A stretch of 64,000 bases of DNA, taken from the IMG/VR virus record IMGVR_UViG_3300009154_000029. One strand, written 5' to 3'. Source of the stretch: a virus. Taxonomy: Duplodnaviria > Heunggongvirae > Uroviricota > Caudoviricetes. The notes beneath the pieces were generated by a model. That model saw nothing but the letters and a program-made list of their open reading frames with translations. It had not been told where the DNA came from and ran no database searches. A program made the position numbers and the translations under genes. The first letter of the stretch is position 1. Every line of letters starts with the position of its first letter. Of the stretch, positions 9,628-19,784 are shown in pieces.

Positions 9628-10253
9628 TGAAAAAGATCTTTTTATTATCCTTGTTGGTCTCCGCCGGTTTCGGAGCACGCTCTCAGACACCGCAAGACAC
9701 CACACGCATTTCCCGTGACACCCTTACAGTTTCGGCCATCTTATATAATGGAGAAATCATTCCAATGGCATACCTGTCCACGGTTACCGTTACCTGCACT
9801 ATGACCGAGGAGCAAAGAAAAAGAATGGCAGAGTACACCGGACTTCGTAATGCAGTCTACCTAGTTTATCCATATGCTAGAACCGCCGGGGTTCTCTTAA
9901 ATGATATTAACCAGAAGTCAGAGGGTATGAGTAGAAGGGAAAGAAAATCATATGTAAGAAGTAGGGAAGCTGAGTTAAGAAAGGAATTCACCAGACCAAT
10001 TACAAAAATGTCTACGTTCCAGGGTAAAGTGTTAATGAAGCTTATAGCCAGAGAGACTGGGAATAGCTGCTTTGAGATCATAAAGGACTATAAAGGCGGC
10101 TTTATGGCAACCACTTATCAAACCGTTGCTTTCTTTTTTAAGACAAGCTTAAAGCAAGAATACGATGCTAGTGACGAGGATTCGGTTATGGAGAGATTGG
10201 TTAAAGAGGTACAACACTTATATGGTTATCAAGAAATAGCTAAAAAATCATAA
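9628..10253 (+). CDS. DUF4294-like secreted protein
   Basis: Signal peptide; VYPYA and FQGKVLMKLIARETG motifs typical of this Bacteroidota family. Confidence 0.7.
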
Positions 10254-10469
10254 ATGAAACATATACTCATAGCACTAGGCATAATGGCTGCAAGCCACTG
10301 TAAATGCCCAAAGCATTACAACAACCCATCCTTAGTAAGCGGGTACACCATTAAAATGGGCAGAACACCCTCACATAGAGATATAAAAAGATCAATGGAA
10401 GAGGCTGATAGAATATTTATAGTAAGCTCAGGGCCTGTCCGCATTACCGATTCATTGAATAGAAGATAA
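10254..10469 (+). CDS. Small secreted or lipoprotein-like protein
   Basis: Hydrophobic N-terminus followed by Cys. Confidence 0.6.
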   Translation: MKHILIALGIMAASHCKCPKHYNNPSLVSGYTIKMGRTPSHRDIKRSMEEADRIFIVSSGPVRITDSLNRR

Positions 10470-10716
10470 TTGTTTATAGGTGTTTGTTTTAGGTTCAGAG
10501 ACTTCCTTTTGGAAGTCTCTTTCTGTTTGCCCTAGCCAAAACTTAATCCGTGCAGCAGACCGGAACCGTTGGCAACGGTTTTCTGGATGTTCGAATTCTT
10601 GGACGTTTTAGATAGTATCATGGTAAGGTAGTATGCGCCCGCGGGCGAAAACTGGAATCGAAAAAATTGTTTTTCTCGAAAAGATGTATTATATTTGCTA
10701 TCTAAAACAAAACATC

Positions 10717-11013
10717 ATGCAAATAGCTTACACCTCACCAATTGGATTAGAAGTCTCTAAAGGAGACTGGGACGATTCAGAATGGACCGTTACTGGCAAT
10801 GCCCGTAAGGAGTTAACCATCAAAGAGTTTGACTCTGCTTACGAGTTTGAAGAGTTTATCCAGGAAAAGATTAATTGCAAAGGGATTACATTTGACAGCG
10901 AGTCTTGCCAGTTCTTTGCATATGCAAAGACCAAAGCCAGAGCAGTTAAGTTTGCAAAGGATATAGATAAGTACTTTGAAAAGGTCAGAACGACTATGGC
11001 CAAACTTTTATAA
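10717..11013 (+). CDS. Hypothetical protein
   Basis: ORF behind early promoter. Confidence 0.8.
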   Translation: MQIAYTSPIGLEVSKGDWDDSEWTVTGNARKELTIKEFDSAYEFEEFIQEKINCKGITFDSESCQFFAYAKTKARAVKFAKDIDKYFEKVRTTMAKLL

Positions 11014-11259
11014 TATTCGAAAAACCAAATGTGCGGGTGTGTTTAAGAGACTCTAATAAGAGTCTCTTTTTTTGTGTGGTAAGCAGGAAATAAAATTCCT
11101 GTTGGCCGCTTCAGAAACCGTCGCCAACGGTTCCGCGTGACGGCTCGATTCTCAGCGACACGTCTTCCAGACGTCTTTTGATGCTAACGAATCTTTTCCG
11201 GGCATAATAATTTTTTTCTACGGTAAATGCCTTACATTTGGATTCTAAAACAAAACACT

Positions 11260-11577
11260 ATGAGCCCAAATTCACAGATCTTCAACAGAACAGTAGAGAT
11301 GGTAACCACTCTAAGAGAAGCCAGATTCTTTGATGAGAATCCCTTAATTGACGAGGATCTTCTTATTAAAAAGATGATCATCACTATGCAAGAGAATTAC
11401 GCCAACACAGAGGAGATCGGCATTACCGAGAGGGACTTTCTAAAAATCGTAGATGAAGTTGCAGGGGAGTCATTAGAAAGTACTCTTATTAGTCTTTCTG
11501 AAAAAGGAGCTCTTGTTATGTCAGTGAACGAGAAGGGGGAGTTAGCTTACGGAAGAAATCCTAACTTTGAGTTCTAA
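11260..11577 (+). CDS. Hypothetical protein
   Basis: ORF behind early promoter. Confidence 0.8.
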   Translation: MSPNSQIFNRTVEMVTTLREARFFDENPLIDEDLLIKKMIITMQENYANTEEIGITERDFLKIVDEVAGESLESTLISLSEKGALVMSVNEKGELAYGRNPNFEF

Positions 11578-11649
11578 CGAATCTTTTCATCCGAAAATTT
11601 TTTTTACTGGAAATGGTTGTTTAATTTTACATTCTAAAACAAATACACC

Positions 11650-11808
11650 ATGTCAGAAGAAACAAACGAATTTCAAAAACAAATGAAAGAATTTATCGAC
11701 AAGCTTCAGGAAGCAATCAAGCAAGCCGAAATAGAAGCCAGAAGAGAAGCCCAAGTAACTCAAGTTATCGATGGCCAATACGGTAAGTATCTAATTCACC
11801 TAAACTAA
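11650..11808 (+). CDS. Small hypothetical protein (52 aa, not in ORF track)
   Basis: MSEETNEFQKQMKEF... behind early promoter. Confidence 0.7.
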   Translation: MSEETNEFQKQMKEFIDKLQEAIKQAEIEARREAQVTQVIDGQYGKYLIHLN

Positions 11809-11813
11809 ACCAC

Positions 11814-12185
11814 ATGAGATCATTCAAAGTTCGTTTCAATCTCGGACGCGGGGCCAACTACATGAAGTGGAAGGTTCAGCACCCCGACGGTAAGGTTGAG
11901 TACTTTAATCCTTCAGAGGTTCAGTTGATCCTGGAGGAGTGTACGCTTAAGAATCAAAAGGGCACGGCCACAAAGATCTTCAACGGCGGTACCAAAACCG
12001 TTTGCGCCTGGGTCTTGTGTAAGAGCTTCGAAATCAAAAGGAATAAGTTCATCAAGGACAAGCAGGAGAAAAGAGTCAGATATAACCCTCGCGTTTGCCC
12101 CCAATGGACCTACCAGGGTAACGTAGCTGATGGGCACTTCTTCGAAAGAATTTACAGTGTGGACTTCGGTCTATATGTTTTATAA
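11814..12185 (+). CDS. Conserved phage protein (KVRFNLGRG family)
   Basis: 123 aa ORF. Confidence 0.85.
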   Translation: MRSFKVRFNLGRGANYMKWKVQHPDGKVEYFNPSEVQLILEECTLKNQKGTATKIFNGGTKTVCAWVLCKSFEIKRNKFIKDKQEKRVRYNPRVCPQWTYQGNVADGHFFERIYSVDFGLYVL

Positions 12186-12435
12186 AATCTTCCCAAGGGA
12201 GAATCTTGGCCGGGTAAAGGTGCCATCCCTCGCAATCAGATTCGCAGAAGCCTCTTCTTTCAGAAGAGGTTTTTTGTTGGGCATCAAATTGGATTCGCCA
12301 CAGAGTAATACCGCTGCCAACGGTTCCGCGGCTGACATCCAGGTTTCTCCTCCTGGTTTCTGCTGGGAAGAATTTTAAAATTATTTTTTTATTTAAAAAG
12401 GTTGTTTTATATTTGCCTTCTAAAACAAACACACC

Positions 12436-12873
12436 ATGAAACCTAGATTCAAAGAAACCCGTAAATTCTTAAACTCAATTGGAACTATCAACTATGGCGG
12501 ATGTGGAGTTTCCGCTCTCGCGCTTTACGACTCTGCCAAAAGAGAAGGTCTTAAGCCCAAGATAGTTTATCTCTATTTTGCTTTTTTTGAAAGCAAGTCA
12601 ATGCTAAACAATAACAAATTCAAAGAGGGCAAAAGAAAAACAGCAGACGCATGCTCCCACATTCTCGTTAAAATCGGCAATCGTCTTTATGATTCATCAG
12701 GGGTTATTGGAAAATCAATGCTCTATATGTACAAGTTGGACGAGGAAATCACAAGGGAACACTTAGTTTCTTCAATCAACAATAAAGGGGTTTGGAACGA
12801 AACATTTGATAGAGAAAGATGGATCCCCCACATTCAAAAGTATTTCAAAAGAGGAACCACAATAAAAATCTAA
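12436..12873 (+). CDS. Hypothetical protein, possible papain-like fold
   Basis: GGCG...SHILV...LYDS Cys/His/Asp order; fold call is tentative. Confidence 0.6.
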   Translation: MKPRFKETRKFLNSIGTINYGGCGVSALALYDSAKREGLKPKIVYLYFAFFESKSMLNNNKFKEGKRKTADACSHILVKIGNRLYDSSGVIGKSMLYMYKLDEEITREHLVSSINNKGVWNETFDRERWIPHIQKYFKRGTTIKI

Positions 12874-12929
12874 AAGATTTTTTTATCCGGAAACAAAATC
12901 CTATATTTGCCTTCTAAAACAAAATAACC

Positions 12930-13139
12930 ATGAACACATTAGACATCAGTTACACCAAAAGACAACTCCAGAACATGGACACCATTGAACAGGCATGGGA
13001 CGGAGACGAATTAAAAGTTGATGACGGAGACGTTAGAATTTGGCTGGTCTTTCCAGAGAACAGACCTTACAACGGGGATTATGTAGTTGAAACCCGAATC
13101 AACGGAAGTTGGTATCAGAAAGCTTGCTACTTTGATTAA
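12930..13139 (+). CDS. Hypothetical protein
   Basis: ORF behind early promoter. Confidence 0.8.
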   Translation: MNTLDISYTKRQLQNMDTIEQAWDGDELKVDDGDVRIWLVFPENRPYNGDYVVETRINGSWYQKACYFD

Positions 13140-13359
13140 AAAGATTAGTTTGGTGGTTTGTTTTAAGAGTTCCATTTGGAACTCTTTTTTTTGCGTGCAA
13201 GTTTTTCCTCAAACTTTTCATACGTGCACGGAAATACCGTCGCCAACGGTTCGGTAGGGGTTTTAGGGTTTTTCAGCTGTTAGATTCCAAAACAGTATTC
13301 TGGAAAGATTTTTTTATCTCGTTGGCTTGTCTTATATTTGTAGACAAATAAACAAACCA

Positions 13360-13554
13360 ATGCCAGTTAAACTCTTACAAAAAGAAACAACCTATGAGGT
13401 TGAGTTCAACGATCAGAACTACAGTGTTACAGTAATGGAAGACTCTGTTAGTTTAGGGTATACCCAATACGACGTTTATGATGAGGAGGGAGAACTCGTC
13501 GAGGGTGACCTTGAGTTTGCTATTATAGAGTATTTAGAAACATCGTTACAGTAA
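13360..13554 (+). CDS. Hypothetical acidic protein
   Basis: Start reassigned behind promoter. Confidence 0.75.
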   Translation: MPVKLLQKETTYEVEFNDQNYSVTVMEDSVSLGYTQYDVYDEEGELVEGDLEFAIIEYLETSLQ

Positions 13555-13567
13555 TTAAAACCCCAGT

Positions 13568-14137
13568 ATGAAAAGAAGAGCAATCCTGTCGCTTAAAAAA
13601 ACGTTAATCATTTCTGCCATATGTGTCGTTGCCTTCTTATTGGCCACGGTTTACATGAATGTGACCGGAATAGATTCGCCAGCTATCATTTTAATGAACC
13701 CGTTTATTAGTGGATTTATTCATGTTAGCATAGAACACTTTGTTGGAAATATGTTAGGACTTTTCCTATTTCTCATTCCCGCGGTAAACGCAGGCTATAG
13801 AGTAAAAGAAATCTTCTGGATAACATTTCTTATCTCTATTGCGTATTTACCGATCTCCATTTTAGGTTTAACAGATCCTGCCGTCGGTATATCAGGGACT
13901 TGCATGTTTCTAACTAGTAGATCCTTGTTAAGTATTAAGAATAAGAAAATAGGGATTGTCCTGGTTTCATTAATAGCACTCAGCGAAATGCTACCTCTCT
14001 TTGATGCCGACGGTACCGCACATGGCGTGCATTTATTAGGTTTACTCTTAGGTTATCTCTCATTAAAATCTGGAGTAATGGAAAAGATCTTCCCAAAGTT
14101 TATCACTTCAAGAATAGCATGTCCAACGTTTAATTAA
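13568..14137 (+). CDS. Rhomboid-family intramembrane serine protease
   Basis: FIHVSIEHFVGNM, VGISG (catalytic Ser), AHGVHLLG (catalytic His), multiple TMs. Confidence 0.85.
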   Translation: MKRRAILSLKKTLIISAICVVAFLLATVYMNVTGIDSPAIILMNPFISGFIHVSIEHFVGNMLGLFLFLIPAVNAGYRVKEIFWITFLISIAYLPISILGLTDPAVGISGTCMFLTSRSLLSIKNKKIGIVLVSLIALSEMLPLFDADGTAHGVHLLGLLLGYLSLKSGVMEKIFPKFITSRIACPTFN

Positions 14138-14198
14138 CAAAAAGAATTTTTTTATCTAGACCAAAGTTTTTACATTTGTGTTAATAAAATAAAACAAG

Positions 14199-14339
14199 AT
14201 GAAAACTCTAAACCCCACTAAAGCCAAACGCAAGGATATGATCCAGGCTGGAGCCTATGATGGGAGATTCCGTCAAAGGATGGTTAAGGATAAAAAGAAA
14301 GAATCTAATAAAAGATGGGCGAGAATTAACTCATACTAA
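14199..14339 (+). CDS. Small basic protein (46 aa; YDGRFR...KDKKK)
   Basis: Hand-translated; behind early promoter. Confidence 0.7.
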   Translation: MKTLNPTKAKRKDMIQAGAYDGRFRQRMVKDKKKESNKRWARINSY

Positions 14340-14350
14340 AATTAAACACC

Positions 14351-14509
14351 ATGTCTATACTAAAATTTTCAGATGGCATTTCAATTGACACTTCAGGACC
14401 TCTTAGAGTTCTAGAATTATATGATGGTTTCTATGTTGTTGGAGAAGGTGTTTTAATTCCCGTTGAGTCAGAAGAGAGAGCGTTAGAGTTCATAGAAAAA
14501 AGAAAATAA
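14351..14509 (+). CDS. Small hypothetical protein (52 aa)
   Basis: Hand-translated; ACACC leader. Confidence 0.7.
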   Translation: MSILKFSDGISIDTSGPLRVLELYDGFYVVGEGVLIPVESEERALEFIEKRK

Positions 14510-14561
14510 TTTTTTTATCTGGAATCTATACATTACTTTTACCTTCTAAAACAAAACATCT

Positions 14562-14711
14562 ATGTCAAACTTAAATCACATCCAGGAGTTACAGTCAGCA
14601 ATTTCAAAATTGAAAAGAGAACCAGCCCAAAAATGGCACGGTAAGATCTCAAAGTCTTCAAAGGTTAGAATGATTGAGAAAAAGATCCAATCGTTAGTCA
14701 AGGGACACTAA
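14562..14711 (+). CDS. Small basic protein (49 aa)
   Basis: Hand-translated; behind early promoter. Confidence 0.7.
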   Translation: MSNLNHIQELQSAISKLKREPAQKWHGKISKSSKVRMIEKKIQSLVKGH

Positions 14712-14915
14712 AAATTAAAAAAACAAATTCAGGAAACCCAAACCAAAGTGTTTGGGTTTTTTGTTGCAGCTAATTGTAGAATTTTATAGTAGCACTAGTT
14801 AAAACCGTTGCCAACGGTTTCGCGACAGCCGCAGCGGAAAAGGTTTTTTCCTGTAGGATTTTTTTATCTGGAAAAGATTCCCTACTTTTACATTCTAAAC
14901 CAAAAACAATCTATT

Positions 14916-15143
14916 ATGAAACTATTTGAAATTTTAGTAAGCGGAAACGATCAAACCATCGCATTAGTAGTTGCAGCCGAAACCGAAGAGCGAGCTGAGG
15001 AACTTGTAACACAAGAGTATAGTCTCGATGACGAAGAGGCAAGGGAAGAGGATGAATTACACATCCATCGTTCGAGCGAGATTAGTAAAGCCTCTGCCAC
15101 TGAAGAGTTTGTACGTGAGATTTTCAACACAAACGAACTCTAA
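14916..15143 (+). CDS. Hypothetical acidic protein
   Basis: Start reassigned behind promoter. Confidence 0.8.
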   Translation: MKLFEILVSGNDQTIALVVAAETEERAEELVTQEYSLDDEEAREEDELHIHRSSEISKASATEEFVREIFNTNEL

Positions 15144-15226
15144 AAATTTCTAAAAAAGTTTAGCCTAGATTTTTTTATCTGGAAAAGGTTCTCTACTTTT
15201 ACATTCTAAACCAAAAACAATAAACT

Positions 15227-15673
15227 ATGGGCTGGTGGTCAAAAACAATTATGGGTGGAGACACCCCTCTCGATTTCAAATCCGAATTCTTTGACTTGGC
15301 TGGAGTAGACCAATTCAACGACAAAGGGTCAAAGGTCAAAAAATCCTTTGAGGAATCTCAGGATAAATTTATTAAAGGAATAGACAAAGTCCTGAAACGT
15401 TGGGGATGTGGTAAAACCGGTAGTGATTACTATAACGATCAGAAGAGTATTGGGTTTCAGGTTCTCGCGGTTCAGATGATGGCTCATGGCTGTGTTATCA
15501 AGGAGGAACTAAAGGACCTTATGTTAAAATGGATCGTTAAGGATGTTTGGGCAAGTCAAGACACCGAACGTGAGCAGAGAATTAAAGAATTAGAGGAAGC
15601 CCTTAAGAATTACAATAGCAAACCCACATCAATCAAGTCCGAGGGTCTACTTCAAAAAATGTTTGGAGAATAA
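15227..15673 (+). CDS. Conserved phage protein (MGWW..IMGGDTPLD family)
   Basis: 148 aa ORF behind promoter. Confidence 0.85.
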   Translation: MGWWSKTIMGGDTPLDFKSEFFDLAGVDQFNDKGSKVKKSFEESQDKFIKGIDKVLKRWGCGKTGSDYYNDQKSIGFQVLAVQMMAHGCVIKEELKDLMLKWIVKDVWASQDTEREQRIKELEEALKNYNSKPTSIKSEGLLQKMFGE

Positions 15674-15724
15674 TTTTTTATCCGGAAAGGGTTTATTAAA
15701 TTTGCCTTCTAAAACAATCAAACT

Positions 15725-15880
15725 ATGTTTACACTAGACTGCAACTACTACAACAAGACCTTTAATTCATTTGAGGATCTTATGAATGACGTTGTCGATT
15801 CCGGTATGGATCCCAATGTTGAAATCGTTTATAACGGAGAACCTTCAGGAGAATTTCCTATAGACTATATAGTCTTCTAG
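15725..15880 (+). CDS. Small acidic protein (51 aa)
   Basis: Hand-translated; behind promoter; repeat B follows the stop. Confidence 0.7.
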   Translation: MFTLDCNYYNKTFNSFEDLMNDVVDSGMDPNVEIVYNGEPSGEFPIDYIVF

Positions 15881-16134
15881 AATAGTATAGTACTAAGGTA
15901 CTCCCGCGCGAAGGGGTTTTTGTTAAAATTTAAAAAATCTATCTATGGATATACCAATCTTTAATTACGCAACCATCTCAGAAAACCTTGTATCATTTAC
16001 ATTTAGTCTTTCTACCGAAAGATATTGTACCGAGGGGTATAATGAACCTGACGTAACGTTAACAGATTTTTATTGGGAATAATTTTTTTATCTTGACTGG
16101 ATCTATTACTTTTACATTCTAAAACAAATACACC

Positions 16135-16524
16135 ATGGCAAAAAAAGTAGCTAAAAAAGCAGCACCCAAAAAAGTAAACAAATTTAGCCAGATGATGCTG
16201 GCGACAGAAACCGTTCAAAAGATGGACGGAATTCTAAAGGATGTTAAAGATTCAAAAAGCAGTGTCTTCTCAAAGGATGATGTGATAAAAATCATATCCG
16301 AGATAAAGGGCACGTTCAATCAGGAGTCTCCCACAGTATTGATTGACATGGAGGAGTTTATCGATGAAGTGGCTGAGAACATAGTTGATAATATCACGGA
16401 GATGGATTTAGATGATTTTGATCTGAGTCTGGATGGAACAGCGATTTGCATTGACCGGATAAAACTTGATTCTGACAGAGTAAGGGAGCTGGTTGAGGAA
16501 ATAACATCAAGCTATTTCGCTTAG
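16135..16524 (+). CDS. Hypothetical protein (basic N-terminus, acidic C-terminus)
   Basis: 129 aa ORF behind promoter. Confidence 0.85.
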   Translation: MAKKVAKKAAPKKVNKFSQMMLATETVQKMDGILKDVKDSKSSVFSKDDVIKIISEIKGTFNQESPTVLIDMEEFIDEVAENIVDNITEMDLDDFDLSLDGTAICIDRIKLDSDRVRELVEEITSSYFA

Positions 16525-16601
16525 CATTAACGAAAATAAATCCCCTAGGATTTTTTTATCTTAGGGGATTTCCTTATTTTTGGATTCTAAAACAAACTAA
16601 C

Positions 16602-16877
16602 ATGAAACTTTGCCACTTACACTTAAAAGATTCAATGGGTAACCCCAAAACTCTTATTTGCCGCGTTGAAGACGGGTCTGTCCATTATAATCTCTATGGA
16701 GGCCACGGTTCCAGCGGTATGGGATTATCGCTCAGCAATCTCCAATGCACGCTTCCCATAGAGAAACTATCCAAGAAAGAAACCAAAGAGGAATTCGTTA
16801 AGAGAATTGTTAGAGTGATTAACTACGAAAGTGTTTGTCGTGTGGTTAAACAAGTTGATTGCAATGTCACATTCTAA
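16602..16877 (+). CDS. Hypothetical protein
   Basis: 91 aa ORF behind promoter. Confidence 0.8.
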   Translation: MKLCHLHLKDSMGNPKTLICRVEDGSVHYNLYGGHGSSGMGLSLSNLQCTLPIEKLSKKETKEEFVKRIVRVINYESVCRVVKQVDCNVTF

Positions 16878-16896
16878 TCCTAAAAATAAAAAAAAT

Positions 16897-17043
16897 ATGG
16901 TACTAAGCAAATGCTGCGACGCAGAAGTAAAATTTGGAATGGTTGATGATCGTGTAGGTCATGGTATGCACGAGGAAACTGAATGCTCAAATTGTGGACA
17001 GCTTTTTCCAGATGTTTATGATGACGAAGAAGATGAAGAATAA
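16897..17043 (+). CDS. Small Cys-rich (Zn-ribbon) protein
   Basis: SKCC...CSNC. Confidence 0.65.
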   Translation: MVLSKCCDAEVKFGMVDDRVGHGMHEETECSNCGQLFPDVYDDEEDEE

Positions 17044-17100
17044 TTTTTTTTCCTCAACCAAATTCCTTACTTTTATAACCTAAACCTAAAAACAAAACAA

Positions 17101-17196
17101 ATGAAAAAAATCAAAGTTTTCTTTGCCAAACTGAACAGAAGCATTTTCGGAACTCAAGATGGGTATGTAATTCTGCCCACTAACTTTCCGCTGTAA
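17101..17196 (+). CDS. Mini-protein (31 aa)
   Basis: Hand-translated; own promoter and terminator. Confidence 0.55.
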   Translation: MKKIKVFFAKLNRSIFGTQDGYVILPTNFPL

Positions 17197-17401
17197 AACT
17201 CTTTATGGTGTGTTGTTAGAAAGGAACTCTTCGGAGTTCCTTTTTTGTTTCCCAGAGAATTTCCGTGTACGAATCCATAAACCGTCGCCAACGGTTCCGC
17301 GACAGCCGAATCGGAAAAGTTTTTTCCACTGTAGGATTTTTTCCAAAAAGATTTTTTTCTTTGGGAAAGATGTTTTACATTTGGATTCTAAACAACAAAC
17401 T

Positions 17402-17863
17402 ATGTCAAAAACAAACACTATTCCTGGAGCATTAAAGATTAAGGATAATCTTTGGATCAAGGGAAATAAGATAATCAGCTACGAAACAGTGGTTGGAAAA
17501 ATTGAGAATGATAGGATTCTGGAGTATGGGAAGTATAGCAGAACTACGACCAAACACATTTATGCAGTCTCAAGAATTATGGGACTTCCTGTTGTGTTTA
17601 AACCAACAAAACAGTTATTCTGGAAATTTGAAGTGGGTGTTAAATGCTCTTCTCCGTCTCCAAGAGTTTTCTCTAAGAATGCGTCAGAGGCAATTCTAAA
17701 GAGCATGAAAGAAGGGGAGGATATCGTTATGACTTTTGCTGCCATGAAATCCATTGGGAAAAAAGATATGGACCTGCTTAAGAAGTATATGGAGGATAAC
17801 GAAATTCCTTTCAACGTTTTCGAACTCGCTAAAAAATTCCACAAATTCAAAAACTTTGCATAG
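17402..17863 (+). CDS. Hypothetical protein
   Basis: Start reassigned behind promoter. Confidence 0.8.
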   Translation: MSKTNTIPGALKIKDNLWIKGNKIISYETVVGKIENDRILEYGKYSRTTTKHIYAVSRIMGLPVVFKPTKQLFWKFEVGVKCSSPSPRVFSKNASEAILKSMKEGEDIVMTFAAMKSIGKKDMDLLKKYMEDNEIPFNVFELAKKFHKFKNFA

Positions 17864-18135
17864 CAAAAACTCGGTGGTTGTTTTAAGAGTCCTGTTTTTC
17901 AGGACTCTTTTTTTGTGTGCGTGGTAAATCCTCAAGTAATCCAAGAAACCACCAGGAACCGTTGGCGACGGTATTGCCCGGAGACAGCATCGAAATATGT
18001 CAACTGGAATCTTCGGAAAGTGTAAAGCCTTGGATAGTATAGTACTAAGGTACTCCCGCGCGAAGGGATTTTTTGGTGTTTTTATTTTTTTATCCTAGGA
18101 AGAATCCTTAATTTTAACCTATAAAACAAAACACC

Positions 18136-18273
18136 ATGAAACAGTTATCAAAATTATTCATTGTCTCGTTAATCAAAGCCTTTTTAGCCTTTCAGGTTCT
18201 GACTGCAGTTGTTAGCATGTATTACATAACAAAGTTCTTTATTATGGTGCTCTCCTTTTTTCATTCCAATTAA
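18136..18273 (+). CDS. Small membrane peptide (45 aa)
   Basis: Hand-translated; hydrophobic; behind promoter. Confidence 0.6.
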   Translation: MKQLSKLFIVSLIKAFLAFQVLTAVVSMYYITKFFIMVLSFFHSN

Positions 18274-18324
18274 TTTTTTTATCCGGATAGGATTCTTTAT
18301 ATTTGTAATCTAAACCAAACCATC

Positions 18325-18672
18325 ATGAAATTCGAAATTGAAGAAATCCAGGTTAGAGCCTACGAAAGAAGATCTGGCGAAAAGTATAAGCATCTTCCTA
18401 AGATCTATATCTTCCCCGAGGGAGAGAGTGTATTGGAAGGACTTTATAATCGTCGTCAACGTCCATATAAATTCTTCAAACAGGAAATCGTTCCGCTGGT
18501 TATTGAAGACCTTAGTAAGAATCACAAAGGTATATTTGACCGGATTGGTGGGGACAAATGGGGATGGCGTCAAGACTGCGGATGTTCAATGTGTCCTTGT
18601 TCCCCCGGTTTCGTAGGTAGCAGCGAGTACGAACCCCACAACATTTACGTCACGGTTAGATTCTCAGAATAA
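18325..18672 (+). CDS. Phage protein with CGC..CPCSPGF motif
   Basis: 115 aa ORF behind promoter. Confidence 0.85.
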   Translation: MKFEIEEIQVRAYERRSGEKYKHLPKIYIFPEGESVLEGLYNRRQRPYKFFKQEIVPLVIEDLSKNHKGIFDRIGGDKWGWRQDCGCSMCPCSPGFVGSSEYEPHNIYVTVRFSE

Positions 18673-18723
18673 TTTTTTTATCCGGAGGGGATACCCTATA
18701 TTTGCATTCTAAAAATCAGCAGC

Positions 18724-18963
18724 ATGCTTAACTATAAAGTGCTGGGCGGAGACGTCCTCATCTTCAAGAACACCAACGATACTCTAACGATCTGTCGGGG
18801 CTCGCTCGGTAGTCCTATCATAGATCAGATAGAGATCAACGGCGAGGCCTTGGATTGGTTCCACGAGGTTCACCCCTTCGATAGGGAAGAGAACACCTTC
18901 ACCGAAGAGGAGCTTGATTATTTCATAGCTCACTATAACGAGATCGTTGGTCCAAGCTACTAA
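18724..18963 (+). CDS. Hypothetical protein
   Basis: 79 aa ORF behind promoter. Confidence 0.8.
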   Translation: MLNYKVLGGDVLIFKNTNDTLTICRGSLGSPIIDQIEINGEALDWFHEVHPFDREENTFTEEELDYFIAHYNEIVGPSY

Positions 18964-19034
18964 CGAATCTTTTAGTGAAAATATTTTTTTATTTGGTGGG
19001 AGAGCTGTATATTTGCCTTCTAAAACACACCACC

Positions 19035-19535
19035 ATGAAAAAGCAAATCGTTCGTTCTAATGTCAACCCCCTCCGTCTCCGCGAACTTTTCTTCGCCGGT
19101 AATTCAACCCTTACTTTTCAGAACACTGCGTCGGGCACTCACATGACCGTTAAGGTTAAGCAAGCCCGCGACAGACAAGACCGCAAGAAGAAGTTGCCCA
19201 TCTTCTTCGTTAACGTTTCGTTATTGGGCGACCAGACCACCGGTTTCATCTTCGGTGGCACTTTCTTTACCGACACCATGACTTTGAAGCTGAGCAAGCA
19301 CGCTCCCTCTAATTCTCAGCTCGGTCGAGTTATGGCTTGGTTATTCCACTCAGTGCAAAACCCCACGGTCCTAAGAGAGAAGCGAGTTTCACTTCTTCAC
19401 GAAGGTCGTTGCTGCCGTTGCGCACTTCCTCTCACTCACCCCGAGTCAATCAACAGCGGTTTCGGACCCGATTGCTTGGAAATGGTTTTAGCCCAAACCA
19501 AACTGAACGTTAAAGACTTCTTCGAGAAAATATAG
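19035..19535 (+). CDS. DUF6011-like Zn-finger protein
   Basis: GRCCRCALPLTHPESINSGFGPDC. Confidence 0.8.
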   Translation: MKKQIVRSNVNPLRLRELFFAGNSTLTFQNTASGTHMTVKVKQARDRQDRKKKLPIFFVNVSLLGDQTTGFIFGGTFFTDTMTLKLSKHAPSNSQLGRVMAWLFHSVQNPTVLREKRVSLLHEGRCCRCALPLTHPESINSGFGPDCLEMVLAQTKLNVKDFFEKI

Positions 19536-19657
19536 TTTTATGGTTGGTGAATACACAAAGGTCCTTTTCCAAGGACCTTTTTTGTTGCTGTAGATTTTTG
19601 TAGACATTTCGAAGCTGTCTCTGGGTAATACCGTTGCCAACGGTTCCGCGGCTGCAA

Positions 19658-19720
19658 ATCCAGGATAATGCCTGGATCAAACCTGGATATCACTGGATAA
19701 AACCCTGGATTATTTTTCCA
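19658..19720 (+). repeat. Helically phased CTGGAT repeats
   Basis: CTGGAT at 19672, 19683, 19693, 19705 and inverted ATCCAG at 19658. Confidence 0.75.
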
Positions 19721-19784
19721 GATGCTCTATCGCTAAACCGTGGGTTTATTTTTTTACTCCGTAACAACGGTTTACATTAGCGTC

